Made by a program: the position numbers and the translations under genes. 64,000 nucleotides of DNA from an uncultured Nitrospiraceae bacterium. Lineage in GTDB: Bacteria > Nitrospirota > Nitrospiria > Nitrospirales > Nitrospiraceae. How positions within the stretch are numbered: position 1 is the stretch's first letter; each line of letters opens with the position of its first letter. Location of the stretch: the NCBI GenBank assembly GCA_964555285.1, contig CAZKRM010000001.1:220792-284791 (forward strand), in the 5' to 3' direction. This document shows, one piece after another, positions 9,317 to 18,792 of this stretch. Below the pieces are notes generated by a model that saw nothing but the letters and a program-made list of their open reading frames with translations, ran no database searches and was not told the DNA's origin.

Positions 9317-9751
9317 TCACGTAATCTTCTCCTGGCACCACCGTACCGCGTCCGCCGCCTCGTCCAGCTTCTGAAAATCCACCGTCTTCTGAAAGGTCGC
9401 GGCAACATATCGATCGGTCATCTCCGTCGTTTCTTCGAACCCGGCTCCAATCAATAGTGTTCTAAACTTGGCGACGGCCGGCTGCAAATAATACTTGGCC
9501 TGCTTCGCAAGTTCGTCCGTTCCCAAATCCTCCGGTGTGCCCTCGGACAGCAAATTCTGGACGTCTTCCATGTCCATGCCGGTTTGGCAGATGAGGCGAC
9601 CGTCCGGTGTCAATTCCAATATCCAGCCATCGCACCCCAACTCCATCGCCAACGCCCCGCCCGGCTCCAATTCGTAGAGCATGGGCAGAGCCGCGCGTAA
9701 CCGGGCTTGAACGTCGTTCCAGGGTGACTCAGGAAAGGGAGAGCCGCTCAT
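9317..9751 (-). CDS. hypothetical protein
   Basis: 144 aa. ATG overlaps the stop of the upstream TPR gene (ATGA). No family recognised. Confidence 0.5.
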   Translation of the reverse strand: MSGSPFPESPWNDVQARLRAALPMLYELEPGGALAMELGCDGWILELTPDGRLICQTGMDMEDVQNLLSEGTPEDLGTDELAKQAKYYLQPAVAKFRTLLIGAGFEETTEMTDRYVAATFQKTVDFQKLDEAADAVRWCQEKIT

Positions 9752-10578
9752 GCATGGTTCTCACGAAGACGGGAGTTCTCTTTAGCCTCAGCGGCGAGCT
9801 GCGTTCGGAGAGTCTCGAGGCGTTGGAGATTCTCGCCGAGTTTCGGCAACCCGTACTTGCGGTCCATAGAGACCACTTGTTCCAGCAGATCGGCCGCTTC
9901 CCGGAGTCGGCCGAGCTCCTCATAGCATTGAGCGAGAAGATAGCGCGCGCCGCCCACCCGCAGTTCATCTTTGGTCCGCTCCGCGATGTCCAGGCTCGTC
10001 TTGCAGCAGGCCATCGCCTCATCGTAGCGCTTCTGCACGAGGAACGTCCGGCCCATCATCCGCCATGCATCGGCCACGCCTCCTTGGTTGCCCAGCCGCC
10101 GCATCAACACGAGCGACTGTTCGTAGTATTGCAGAGCATTCTCAAACTGGCCGGTCTCGCGCGCGACCAGGCCGAGATCGGAGAAGAGCACCGCCTTGCC
10201 CGCTTCATCATGGACCCTGGTCATGATATCGAGCGCTTCGAGGTAATAGGCACGCGCCCGCTCCCACTCGCCCGCATCGGCTCGGAGATTGCCCAAGTTC
10301 CCCAGCGTCGTCCCGATGCCCTTCTCATCGCCCAGGATCTTCTGAAGTTCCAGAACTTCATGATAATGATGTTGGGCGGAATCGCGGCGACCGCTCACCG
10401 CGCAGATATTGCCGAGATTGCCCAGCGTCGCAGCAAGCGAGCGCCGGTCTCCCAACAGCCGGTCGCACTCCAGCGCCTTCGCGTAGCAGGCATAGGCCTC
10501 GGTGTAGAGCCCTCTGGCGAAGTGCTCGTTGCCCTGGCGATTCAACTCTTCCGAGAGACCATTTCGCATCGGCATCAT
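9748..10578 (-). CDS. TPR repeat protein
   Basis: 276 aa of consecutive 40-residue TPR-like units (..LGNLGN...G....A...Y..AL.I...). Confidence 0.75.
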   Translation of the reverse strand: MMPMRNGLSEELNRQGNEHFARGLYTEAYACYAKALECDRLLGDRRSLAATLGNLGNICAVSGRRDSAQHHYHEVLELQKILGDEKGIGTTLGNLGNLRADAGEWERARAYYLEALDIMTRVHDEAGKAVLFSDLGLVARETGQFENALQYYEQSLVLMRRLGNQGGVADAWRMMGRTFLVQKRYDEAMACCKTSLDIAERTKDELRVGGARYLLAQCYEELGRLREAADLLEQVVSMDRKYGLPKLGENLQRLETLRTQLAAEAKENSRLRENHA

Positions 10579-10669
10579 GCGTTCCTACTGGAGCGCCTGC
10601 TCCACGGCCTGTTTAAGGAGTTGTTTCATACAAAGAGCTGATGGCTCATCGCTTATGGCTCAAACACTT

Positions 10670-10909
10670 CTAGAGTGCCGTCACCGCATCCATCACAACC
10701 TTTGTGACCTTCGCGGCAATGTCGGCTTCGTTCGGCAGGTCAATGATGTCGTCTTCCGACACGGTGATGAACTTCCGGTGGGGACCCTTCGTCAGCGAGA
10801 TAAGAAACAGGCTGTTGGAAGGCGTCACGGGAATCACCACTTGCACCGCCGCATCCACCCCCTTCACGACCTCCAAAAACTTCTGCTTCCCCGCTTCCAT
10901 CTCATCCAT
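10670..10909 (-). CDS. hypothetical small protein
   Basis: Start moved to internal ATG 10907-10909 (MDEMEAGKQKF...). The upstream part of the track ORF is a translation of REP copy C. Confidence 0.4.
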   Translation of the reverse strand: MDEMEAGKQKFLEVVKGVDAAVQVVIPVTPSNSLFLISLTKGPHRKFITVSEDDIIDLPNEADIAAKVTKVVMDAVTAL

Positions 10910-10966
10910 GTTTTCTCTCTTCTTTCCCCACACTCCCCCCCCCCAGGGGGCAGCGCGTTCAAGACT

Positions 10967-11063
10967 ACATGGAGCAGTGGGGCTAGCCCAACTGCGGCCG
11001 TCGAGCGACCACTTTCTCAAGTGGGGGCTCCGGGAGCATAGGGCTAGCCCCGCTGCTCCATGT
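10967..11063 (+). repeat. REP-like element, copy C
   Basis: Arms ACATGGAGCAGTGGGGCTAGCCC / GGGCTAGCCCCGCTGCTCCATGT (one T-G). Core AACTGCGGCCGTCGAGCGACCAC TTTCTCAA GTGGGGGCTCCGGGAGCA. Confidence 0.85.
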
Positions 11064-11068
11064 CTGCA

Positions 11069-11617
11069 TTACATCCCCGTCGAACCACCACCCTTGCCCG
11101 AACCAGCCAATAACTTCTCGACCTCTTGTACAATCACATCCGCTCCCGCCAAATCCATGTTCCCCACACGCTGCCACCGAATCACCCCGTTCTGATCGAT
11201 CACGTAGACATTCGGGATGAACTTCCCGCCGCCATACAGTTTGTCCGTGACCTTGCCGGGATCGAGCAGGTAGGGATAGGTGACTTTCACCGGAAACGCC
11301 GAGAGAAACTCGCCGACGTCCTTCTTCCCATTGCCCGCCGAGTTGACACCGACCACCGCCACGTTCTTCCCCTGCACGGCCTCATGAACCTTCTGCAAGT
11401 TCGTGCCCTGCATCAGACAGGGCTCACAGATATGGAATAAGCCCAGAACCACCACCTTGCCCTTCATCGACTCCAGCGAAACCGTCTCGCCGGTGATCGC
11501 TGTGAGCGTGAACGTCGGGGCCTTCTCCCCGGTCTTGAAGAGTCCCGCCGCCAGAATGACCTGCGCGGCGAACACGGGAACTATCAGCACCATCAGGGTG
11601 ACGAGCCATCGTTTCAT
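11069..11617 (-). CDS. TlpA/ResA-like periplasmic thiol-disulfide oxidoreductase (redoxin family)
   Basis: Signal peptide, CEPC active-site motif and a thioredoxin fold pattern. GAGGAGG SD. Confidence 0.8.
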   Translation of the reverse strand: MKRWLVTLMVLIVPVFAAQVILAAGLFKTGEKAPTFTLTAITGETVSLESMKGKVVVLGLFHICEPCLMQGTNLQKVHEAVQGKNVAVVGVNSAGNGKKDVGEFLSAFPVKVTYPYLLDPGKVTDKLYGGGKFIPNVYVIDQNGVIRWQRVGNMDLAGADVIVQEVEKLLAGSGKGGGSTGM

Positions 11618-11632
11618 GGCAACCTCCTCTTC

Positions 11633-11701
11633 GTGAGTTCTGAGTTAGGAGTTCTGAGTCCTGAGTTGAACCCAGAACTCAAGACTCAGCACTCAGAACT
11701 G
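11633..11701. repeat. heptad-periodic hairpin (CTGAGTT type)
   Basis: Left arm GTGAGTT CTGAGTT AGGAGTT CTGAGTC CTGAGTT. Right arm AGAACTC AAGACTC AGCACTC AGAACTG. Lies between the purF stop and the next start. Confidence 0.85.
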
Positions 11702-11755
11702 CTCGTGTGCGTATCCTAACACGCGAAATTTTTCAGGGGCAACCAGCGGCGAAAC

Positions 11756-13168
11756 TCAGCGGGAGGATTCGAACAGACCCAGTTGCATTTCTTCCGCACG
11801 CGTGAAGGAGATCGGGTAGCGCTCGGTGAAGCAGGCGTTGCAATACTGGTCGGGCGTGCCCGGCGCGGATTTCAACATACCGTCGAGACTGAGATAGGCA
11901 AGACTGTCGGCCGTGATGTACTTGCGGATTTCTTCGGTCGAGTGGCTGGAGGCGATCAGCTCTTTCTTGGTCGGCGTGTCGATGCCGTAGAAGCAGGGGG
12001 AAACGATCGGCGGCGAGCTGATCCGCATGTGGACTTCCTTCGCGCCTGCGTTGCGAATCATCTTCACGATTTTCCGACTCGTCGTCCCGCGCACGAGGGA
12101 ATCGTCCACCACCACCACGCGTTTCCCGTGCAGCACCTCCGGCACCGCGTTCAACTTCACCTTGACGCCGAAGTGCCGGATGGATTGCTCCGGCTCGATG
12201 AAGGTGCGGCCCACGTAGTGATTCCGAATCAGTCCGGCCTCGAATGGAATGCCGGACCCTTCCGCATAGCCCAACGCCGCCGGCACACCGGAATCCGGCA
12301 CGGGAATCACCACATCCGCCGGCACCCACGACTCCTGCGCCAACTGCCGCCCCAGCGCCTTGCGTGTCCCGTACACGGCGCCGGCGCCGAAGATTTTGCT
12401 GTCCGGTCTGGCGAAGTACACGTACTCGAAAATGCACATCGCGGGTTTCGTCTGCGCGAACGGCCGATAGCTCTCGATTCCTTGTTCGTTCAGGACAATC
12501 AGCTCGCCCGGCTCGATCTCACGCACATACTCCGCATCCAGCAAGTCGAATGCACAGGTTTCCGAGGCGACGATCCAACTGTCGCGGACACGTCCCAGGC
12601 ACAGTGGCCGCAGGCCATAGGAATCGCGCGCCGCAATGATGCCATTGTCGGTCATCAGCACGACGGAAAACGCGCCTCGCACCTGGCTCAACGCATCCAC
12701 CACCCGCGCAAGGAGCGAGTCCGTCCGCGAATGGGCGATGAGGTGGATGATCACTTCGCTGTCCGACGTGGATTGGAAGATGGCGCCGTAGGCTTCGAGC
12801 TCGTTGCGGAGCACTTGGGCGTTGATGAGATTGCCGTTGTGCGCAAGCGCGAGGTTCCCGAACGCGAAGTTAACAATCAGTGGTTGAACGTTCTTGAGGT
12901 CGTTTCCGCCGGCCGTCGAGTAGCGATTGTGGCCGATGGCCATGTGGCCGACCAGCCGCTTCAGTGAAGACTTGTTGTAAATATCGGCGACCAGCCCCTG
13001 CCCCTTCTCCACATAGAAGTGCTCACCGTCGCCCGACACGATACCCGACGCCTCCTGCCCGCGATGCTGTAAGGCGTAGAGGCCGAGGTAGGCCATGTTG
13101 GAGGCTTCCTTGTGGCCATAGATCCCGAACACGGCGCACTCGTCGTGGAATTTATCGGGGCTGATCAT
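11756..13168 (-). CDS. purF: amidophosphoribosyltransferase PurF
   Basis: [10 protein letters not shown] gives an N-terminal nucleophile Cys after a short propeptide. PRTase motif [13 protein letters not shown]. Start 13168 gives a 10-aa propeptide. The alternative ATG 13228 would translate the hairpin. Confidence 0.93.
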   Translation of the reverse strand: MISPDKFHDECAVFGIYGHKEASNMAYLGLYALQHRGQEASGIVSGDGEHFYVEKGQGLVADIYNKSSLKRLVGHMAIGHNRYSTAGGNDLKNVQPLIVNFAFGNLALAHNGNLINAQVLRNELEAYGAIFQSTSDSEVIIHLIAHSRTDSLLARVVDALSQVRGAFSVVLMTDNGIIAARDSYGLRPLCLGRVRDSWIVASETCAFDLLDAEYVREIEPGELIVLNEQGIESYRPFAQTKPAMCIFEYVYFARPDSKIFGAGAVYGTRKALGRQLAQESWVPADVVIPVPDSGVPAALGYAEGSGIPFEAGLIRNHYVGRTFIEPEQSIRHFGVKVKLNAVPEVLHGKRVVVVDDSLVRGTTSRKIVKMIRNAGAKEVHMRISSPPIVSPCFYGIDTPTKKELIASSHSTEEIRKYITADSLAYLSLDGMLKSAPGTPDQYCNACFTERYPISFTRAEEMQLGLFESSR

Positions 13169-13259
13169 GGGTAAGGGGCGAGGCGTGAGGCGTGAGAAGA
13201 TCGGAGAAAGTTTTTGGTTCTGGCTCATGACACCTTACCCCTGACTCCTAACCCCTTAC
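13169..13259. repeat. heptad-periodic hairpin (GTGAGGC type)
   Basis: Left arm GTAAGGG GCGAGGC GTGAGGC GTGAGAA. Right arm CCTTACC CCTGACT CCTAACC CCTTAC. Outer 8 bp are perfect. The right arm includes the purL stop codon. Confidence 0.75.
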
Positions 13260-15493
13260 TGCTGATCAAGTATCCGTTCGATCGCCTTCGCCCATCGGTC
13301 AAACATGGTCTCAACCGACAGGTCGATCGTGCAGCCGGCTCCCGGCCGGTCAGCGACGACATCCACAACCAGCCGCTCCCCGCCGACGGTGCCGATCACT
13401 TCAGCCGGCACACCGAACTCGCCGGCAATCTTCAACACCCGCTCGCGGTGACCGGAGCTCGCCGACAACACGACCCGCGACTGGCTCTCCCCAAAGAGTA
13501 AGGAGTCTTTTCTGAGCCGGCCGAGGCCCAATTGTACCACAGCACCGATCGGCCGGCTTGGGCCGGACATGCAGCATTCGGCTAAGGTGACCGCAAGTCC
13601 ACCATCTGAACAGTCATGAGCCGACTGGACCAGTCCTTCGCGAATCGTGGCCAGAACGCAGGCCTGCAGCGCTTTCTCTACCTCTAAGCTCAGCAGCGGC
13701 GGCGAGCCCTGTTCCCGCGAATGCGCGACACGCAGGTATTCCGTCCCGCCGATTTCGTCTTTCGTCACGCCCAATACGATGATGTCGTCTCCCGCCTGCT
13801 TGAACCACTGCGTCATCGCCCGGTCCGCCTCGTCGATGAGGCCGACCATGCCCAGCATCGGCGTCGGGTAGATCGAAAGCCCGTTCGTTTCATTGTAGAA
13901 ACTCACGTTGCCGCTCACGATGGGAACGCCGAAGTGCTCGCAGGCGTCCTTCATCCCCTCGATCGCCAGCACGAATTGCCACATGATGTCCGGCCGTTCA
14001 GGATTGCCGAAGTTCAGGCAGTCGGTCAGACCGATGGGCTCCGCGCCGGAGCATGCAAGGTTGCGCGCCGACTCCGCGACCGCGATCTTGGCCCCTTCAT
14101 AGGGCTGGAGCAGGCAATAGCGCCCGTTGCAATCAACCGTCATGGCGAGGGCCTTGTTCGTCCCCTTCACCCGGACCACTGCTGCGTCCGATCCCGGACG
14201 AACCATCGTGTTCGTCCGCACCATGTGATCGTACTGTTCATAGACCCAGCGTTTGCTGGCAATGGTCGGCGATTCCAGCAGTAACAGCAGCGCAGCGTTC
14301 GCATCCTTGACGTCCGGAATCGCATCGTAATTCAGGTTCGTCAGCATGTCCTGATACGCCGGCGGTGAATAGGGCCGCTCGTAGCGAGGCCCGTCGTCGG
14401 CCAGCGCCTTTGCCGGAATCTCGGCCACCACCTTCCCTTGATCCTTCACGCGCAACATCCCGTCGCCGGTCACCCGGCCCACCACCGCCACATCGAGATC
14501 CCACTTCTTGCAGATCCGGATGCAGTCTTCTTCCTTGCTGGCCTTGGCGACCATCAACATCCGTTCTTGCGATTCGGATAGCATCAACTCGTACGGCGTC
14601 ATGCCCGGCTCGCGCCGCGGCACATGGGTCAGGTCCATCTCAACGCCGGTGCCTTCGCGCGAGGCCATCTCGCAGGATGAACTCGTCAGCCCCGCGGCCC
14701 CCATATCCTGAATGCCCACGAGCAGATCGCCTGCCATCAGTTCGAGACAGGCCTCCAATAACAACTTCTCGGTAAAAGGATCGCCGACCTGAACCGTGGG
14801 CCGCTTCTGCTCGGATTGGTCATCGAACGAATCGGACGCCATCGTCGCTCCGTGAATCCCATCGCGGCCCGTCTTGGAGCCGAAGTAGATCACCGGGTTG
14901 CCGACACCGGCGGCCTTGCCCTTGAAAATCCGGTCCTTCTTGGCGATGCCGAGACAGAACACATTCACGAGAGGGTTTTGCGCATAGATGTCGTTGAAGA
15001 CAATTTCGCCGCCCACTGTCGGTACGCCCATGCAGTTGCCATAACCGGCAATGCCGGTCACGACTCCCTTCATCAGGTGACGATTCTTGGCCTGGTCGAG
15101 TCCGCCGAATCGCAGCGAATCGAGCAGCGCAATTGGCCTGGCCCCCATCGTAAAGATGTCGCGCAGGATCCCACCCACGCCGGTCGCCGCTCCTTGATAG
15201 GGCTCGATGAACGAGGGATGGTTGTGCGACTCCATCTTGAACACCACACACAACCCATCGCCGATATCCACCGCGCCGGCATTCTCGCCGGGCCCTTGCA
15301 CAACGCGAGGCCCAGTCGTCGGCAACTTCCGCAAATGCACCCGCGACGACTTGTAGGAACAATGCTCCGACCACATCACAGAAAACATGCCCAACTCGGT
15401 CAGATTCGGCTCCCGTCCCAAGATCTCGACGATCTTCTTATATTCATCGTCCGTCAGATTATGCTGGGCGAGGAGATCTTTGGTGATAATCAT
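13256..15493 (-). CDS. purL: phosphoribosylformylglycinamidine synthase subunit PurL (FGAM synthase II)
   Basis: 745 aa with full-length similarity pattern to PurL ([24 protein letters not shown]). Start set at ATG 15491-15493 ([13 protein letters not shown]). Confidence 0.95.
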   Translation of the reverse strand: MIITKDLLAQHNLTDDEYKKIVEILGREPNLTELGMFSVMWSEHCSYKSSRVHLRKLPTTGPRVVQGPGENAGAVDIGDGLCVVFKMESHNHPSFIEPYQGAATGVGGILRDIFTMGARPIALLDSLRFGGLDQAKNRHLMKGVVTGIAGYGNCMGVPTVGGEIVFNDIYAQNPLVNVFCLGIAKKDRIFKGKAAGVGNPVIYFGSKTGRDGIHGATMASDSFDDQSEQKRPTVQVGDPFTEKLLLEACLELMAGDLLVGIQDMGAAGLTSSSCEMASREGTGVEMDLTHVPRREPGMTPYELMLSESQERMLMVAKASKEEDCIRICKKWDLDVAVVGRVTGDGMLRVKDQGKVVAEIPAKALADDGPRYERPYSPPAYQDMLTNLNYDAIPDVKDANAALLLLLESPTIASKRWVYEQYDHMVRTNTMVRPGSDAAVVRVKGTNKALAMTVDCNGRYCLLQPYEGAKIAVAESARNLACSGAEPIGLTDCLNFGNPERPDIMWQFVLAIEGMKDACEHFGVPIVSGNVSFYNETNGLSIYPTPMLGMVGLIDEADRAMTQWFKQAGDDIIVLGVTKDEIGGTEYLRVAHSREQGSPPLLSLEVEKALQACVLATIREGLVQSAHDCSDGGLAVTLAECCMSGPSRPIGAVVQLGLGRLRKDSLLFGESQSRVVLSASSGHRERVLKIAGEFGVPAEVIGTVGGERLVVDVVADRPGAGCTIDLSVETMFDRWAKAIERILDQQ

Positions 15494-15807
15494 TCCGTCA
15501 CATCCCATTGACCAGGTTCATAATGCCTCATCAGGTCCCGGCTTGAGTGAATCACCGCTTCGATGAAGCAGGTATCTTGGCGAATTTCGTAAATGATCCG
15601 ATAGGCTCCATGAATCAGTTCTCGAAGGTTGAGCAATTGGTACTCAGGAACTACTCTCCCAAGAGCGGGGTACTCCTTCAGCACTCGCAGCGCCTGGACC
15701 AATCGCTTAGAGAATCGCTCCGCATAGCGCGGAGAATCCATGGCAATGTATCTGACGATAACTTCTAAATCCTTCAGCGCCGGCCCTGTCCAGACGACTT
15801 TAGCCAC
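15490..15807 (-). CDS. RelE/ParE family type II toxin
   Basis: 105 aa. The pattern (M)[27 protein letters not shown]...L......L..P..G is typical of ParE/RelE plasmid-stabilisation toxins. GTG start with AGAGGG SD. Stop TGA overlaps the purL ATG. Confidence 0.8.
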   Translation of the reverse strand: MAKVVWTGPALKDLEVIVRYIAMDSPRYAERFSKRLVQALRVLKEYPALGRVVPEYQLLNLRELIHGAYRIIYEIRQDTCFIEAVIHSSRDLMRHYEPGQWDVTE

Positions 15808-15986
15808 TGATCTACCCTCTTTTCCGCTTCCTCTTGAGAAATAATGTCGCCGGCGTCCGCAGCGGCCATTCCGCGCTCAATCTTCTCCCTGACGTAGATG
15901 TGATACTGGATGTCCTCCCACGTGCAGTCCTCCGGCAGAGATTCCAGCATCTTCTTCATTTCCTCTTTGACCGTGGCCTTACTCAT
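15774..15986 (-). CDS. putative antitoxin (addiction-module component) paired with RelE/ParE
   Basis: 70 aa from ATG 15984-15986 (GGAGG SD). The C-terminal motif KIERGMAAADAGDIISQEEAEKRV is common in ParE-associated antitoxins. Confidence 0.6.
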   Translation of the reverse strand: MSKATVKEEMKKMLESLPEDCTWEDIQYHIYVREKIERGMAAADAGDIISQEEAEKRVDQWLKSSGQGRR

Positions 15987-16182
15987 AAGACCTCCCTGTC
16001 GCATATCCCAGTGCCGCCAAAACTTGCTCGTGGGTGATGACATAAGCTTCCTGCACCGCCTCAAATGTCTCCCCCGCAGCCAGCGCCCCCGCCACCGTCG
16101 CCACATCGATACGCGTCCCTGTCAGACAGGGCTTCCCAAACCGAATACCGGGGTCCATTGAGATACCAGGAAAGATTTCCAT
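15979..16182 (-). CDS. DUF433 domain protein (antitoxin-like HTH)
   Basis: MEIFPGISMDPGIRFGKPCLTGTRIDVATV...VLAALGYA matches the DUF433 signature (DP.I..GKP.I.GTRI.V). ATG 16182 has a GGAGG SD. Confidence 0.75.
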   Translation of the reverse strand: MEIFPGISMDPGIRFGKPCLTGTRIDVATVAGALAAGETFEAVQEAYVITHEQVLAALGYATGRSYE

Positions 16183-16209
16183 AGCCAAGGCCTCCTCTCC
16201 CCATACGCT

Positions 16210-16479
16210 CTACGCCAAGAGCGACATCACTTCGGTCGAGACGATGCGCGGAGATTTCCATACTCCATCAGCCGCACGTTGGTAGCCTGCCTCTTTTAGA
16301 ATATCGTCCAGCGTTCCCATCTTTTCCGCCTCTTCGACAAACAGACGGACGGCGGTCTTTAGATTACGCCTGGCCTCATCGCCGTCCTTCCCGCAACTGG
16401 AGACATCCAACTCAGGACAATGCGCCACGTAGGCTTTGCCTTCCTGGAAAATAATGGCATCAAACTCAATTGGAATCAT
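16210..16479 (-). CDS. HicB-like antitoxin (UPF0150 fold), no HicA partner seen
   Basis: MIPIEFDAIIFQEGKAYVAHCPELDVSSCGKDGDEARRNLKTAVRLFVEE is the typical HicB N-terminal domain pattern. The alternative start is ATG 16509. Confidence 0.7.
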   Translation of the reverse strand: MIPIEFDAIIFQEGKAYVAHCPELDVSSCGKDGDEARRNLKTAVRLFVEEAEKMGTLDDILKEAGYQRAADGVWKSPRIVSTEVMSLLA

Positions 16480-16598
16480 CGCAGCTTCCACATCAGACTT
16501 GGCTCGCATTCTGAAATCTCGACGATCTTCTTGTACTCGTCGTCCGTCAGATTATGCTGCGCGATGAGGTCTTTGGTGATGAGCTGCGCTGAAAGCAT
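16476..16598 (-). pseudogene. relic 5' end of purL (40-codon [32 protein letters not shown]...)
   Basis: Codons 6-28 match the N-terminus of the functional purL with mostly synonymous differences. The ORF then leaves purL sequence and stops at a TGA that overlaps the ATG of the HicB-like gene. Confidence 0.7.
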
Positions 16599-16643
16599 TG
16601 CCACTCTTACCCACTCTACGTTCAGATCGCCATGGATGCGTGA

Positions 16644-17552
16644 TCAGTCTTCCTCGAAGTAGTCGGAATCAATCCGCTTGATCGAGTAACTCGCGGTCTC
16701 AGTGACTCCGATCCCATGGTCCATCATCAACTGCGCAAGTTGCTCGCCATCTATCAAGACAATCTTTTTCTCGATCCTGCCTACATAGTCTTTTGCGTCT
16801 TGAGAAAACCTTGAAGTCGTAATCAGGACACCCTTCCGTGCCCGATGTCCCTCCAGGCTGCCTGCAAATTCTTGAACAGTAGGTCTGCCGACCGTAGCCT
16901 CCCATCTCTTTGCCTGGATATACACGACATCTAAGCCGAGCTTGTCTTCTTTAATGATTCCATCGACGCCTTCATCTCCACACCGTCCAACAGCTTGGCC
17001 GGCATCTTTCCTTGATCCGCCATAGCCAATGGCCACCAAGAGATCGACCACCAACCGCTCAAAAAACTTCGGCGAACAGCGCTTGACCCGATCCAGAACA
17101 TCCAATGCCAGCGCTCGCCGCAAGTCCTGATAGGCTACTTCGAGAGTTTCAAATGGAGTATGCTGGGCATCTTCCTCTTCAATCTCTTCTTCCTTTTGGG
17201 AAGAGCGCGTACCCCTCTGGAACTCCACGAACTCGGGAAACTGTTTGAGAAACCTGGTGTTAACCTCTGACGGCTTGCTGCCCAATACCTTGAGGCCCCT
17301 CTCAGCAATTCGAAACCGTCCTCTTCCTGGTCTTTCGAGTAACCCCGCCTTAGTGAGGTAGATTACAGCCCACGAGACTCTATTCTTCAGCTTCGACTGA
17401 GTGCCGCTGGGAAGTAATTCGTTCTTATCCTCTTCTCTCAAACTAAATTGTTCGGCCAACGTATCGTGAACTTCACCGGTACTGTGTTCCGCACCATCGC
17501 TTGCGATCCGTAGAATCGGAAACATGAACTTCTGATAGTCCGGAACCGCCAC
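16644..17552 (-). CDS. mrr: Mrr-family restriction endonuclease (Mrr_N winged helix + Mrr catalytic domain)
   Basis: (M)AVPDYQKFMFPILRI... N-terminus as in Mrr. The catalytic region is GDEGVDGII...VYIQAKRW. Looks AT-richer. GTG start with GGAG SD. Confidence 0.88.
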   Translation of the reverse strand: MAVPDYQKFMFPILRIASDGAEHSTGEVHDTLAEQFSLREEDKNELLPSGTQSKLKNRVSWAVIYLTKAGLLERPGRGRFRIAERGLKVLGSKPSEVNTRFLKQFPEFVEFQRGTRSSQKEEEIEEEDAQHTPFETLEVAYQDLRRALALDVLDRVKRCSPKFFERLVVDLLVAIGYGGSRKDAGQAVGRCGDEGVDGIIKEDKLGLDVVYIQAKRWEATVGRPTVQEFAGSLEGHRARKGVLITTSRFSQDAKDYVGRIEKKIVLIDGEQLAQLMMDHGIGVTETASYSIKRIDSDYFEED

Positions 17553-17705
17553 GTTCAGACCTCGCTCCGATACTTAATCGCCACAGTTCTGACTGATGGC
17601 ATTGACTGTGGGTGACGATGACCTGGGAGCCTGTACGCCCGCAGCGGGGTCCCTACACCGGGCGGGGTGCGAGGACGGACGGGCTGGTCAGCGGCAGGAC
17701 CCGCG

Positions 17706-18416
17706 TCAGGCTCCAACCATCTTCTTGTTTTTCAGCCCCTCCACCATCGACGCCAGAATCAACCGCCCATCTTCATTACCCAATACATCCTCCGCGCAGC
17801 GCTCCGGATGCGGCATCATGCCGAGCACGTTGCCTTCGGCATTGCGAATACCGGCGATGTTATCGAGGGAACCGTTCGGATTCGCCTCCGGCGTCACCTT
17901 GCCGTCAGCCGTGCAGTAGCGGAAGATCACCTGCGCGTTGGCCTGTAAGCCCGCTAGTGTGACCGGATCGGTGTAGTAGTTGCCGTCTGCATGGGCAATC
18001 GGAATCTTCAGCACTTGGCCGGATTCGCAGGCTCCCGTGAACGGCGTCGCAGCATTCTCGACCTTCACATACACGTCCTTGCAGATGAAGTGCAGCGACT
18101 GGTTCCGCAACATCGCGCCGGGCAGCAATCCCGCTTCCAAGAGAATCTGAAACCCGTTGCAGATGCCGAGCACCATGCCGCCTTCAGCCGCAAACTGCTT
18201 TACGGCTCCCATCACAGGAGAAAACCGTGCGATGGCGCCGGTGCGCAGATAGTCGCCATAGGAAAACCCGCCTGGCAGGATCACCGCGTCGAGGCCGGCC
18301 AACGACGTTTCCTTGTGCCAGATCATCTGCACGGATTGACCGAGCACATCGCGGAAGACATGCTCGCAATCGTGATCGCAATTGGAACCGGGGAAAACGA
18401 CGACGCCTATTTTCAT
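17706..18416 (-). CDS. purQ: phosphoribosylformylglycinamidine synthase glutaminase subunit PurQ
   Basis: [14 protein letters not shown]..., [19 protein letters not shown] and HPER are class I amidotransferase motifs. Confidence 0.95.
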   Translation of the reverse strand: MKIGVVVFPGSNCDHDCEHVFRDVLGQSVQMIWHKETSLAGLDAVILPGGFSYGDYLRTGAIARFSPVMGAVKQFAAEGGMVLGICNGFQILLEAGLLPGAMLRNQSLHFICKDVYVKVENAATPFTGACESGQVLKIPIAHADGNYYTDPVTLAGLQANAQVIFRYCTADGKVTPEANPNGSLDNIAGIRNAEGNVLGMMPHPERCAEDVLGNEDGRLILASMVEGLKNKKMVGA

Positions 18417-18420
18417 AAAA

Positions 18421-18526
18421 GTTATGAGTTATGAGTGCTGAGTTGGTTCAGAGCCTTGAGTTCCCACTCCCGCTGAAGTTCAGGCAACTCAGAACCCAGA
18501 ACTCACAACTCAGAACTCGAACTCAG
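18421..18526. repeat. heptad-periodic hairpin (CTGAGTT type)
   Basis: Left arm GTTATGA GTTATGA GTGCTGA GTTGGTT CAGAGCC TTGAGTT. Right arm AACTCAG AACCCAG AACTCAC AACTCAG AACTCGA ACTCAG. Fills the purS-purQ spacer. Confidence 0.85.
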
Positions 18527-18532
18527 CGCGCC

Positions 18533-18778
18533 TCACTGGCCGCTGAGCTCGTACCGGTATTCCTCAATGATCGTGTTCGCCAGCAGCTTCTCGCACATGG
18601 CCTTGACCTCAGCCTCGGCCTTGGCCTTATCCTTCTCCGTCACATCCAACTCCATGTACTTCCCCACCCGCACATTGCCGGCATTCTTAAATCCCAGCGA
18701 GCCGAGCGCGTGCTCGATGGCTTTCCCCTGCGGATCAAGAATCCCCTGCTTCAACGTCACATGAATCTTCGCTTTCAC
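18533..18778 (-). CDS. purS: phosphoribosylformylglycinamidine synthase subunit PurS
   Basis: 81 aa. (M)KAKIHVTLKQGILDPQGKAIEHAL is the canonical PurS pattern. GTG start with AAGGGGGG SD. Confidence 0.92.
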   Translation of the reverse strand: MKAKIHVTLKQGILDPQGKAIEHALGSLGFKNAGNVRVGKYMELDVTEKDKAKAEAEVKAMCEKLLANTIIEEYRYELSGQ

Positions 18779-18792
18779 TGTCCCCCCCTTAC

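Larger units (their letters stand above)
15490..16513 (-). mobile_element. inserted toxin-antitoxin cassette inside the former 5' end of purL
   Basis: Bounded by a diverged direct repeat of the purL 5' end (15421-15493 vs 16514-16586, 62/73 identical). Looks AT-richer than the flanks. No integrase seen. Confidence 0.6.

Noticed and set aside
11633-11701. Whether the tandem short repeats could be CRISPR arrays
   Set aside because: Units are only 7-8 nt with no spacers. The arrays are arranged as inverted pairs and no cas genes are present.
17553-17705. Possible tRNA or att site in the purQ-mrr spacer
   Set aside because: No cloverleaf, no T-loop (GTTCGAATC-like) consensus, and no direct repeat matching the other end of the islet.
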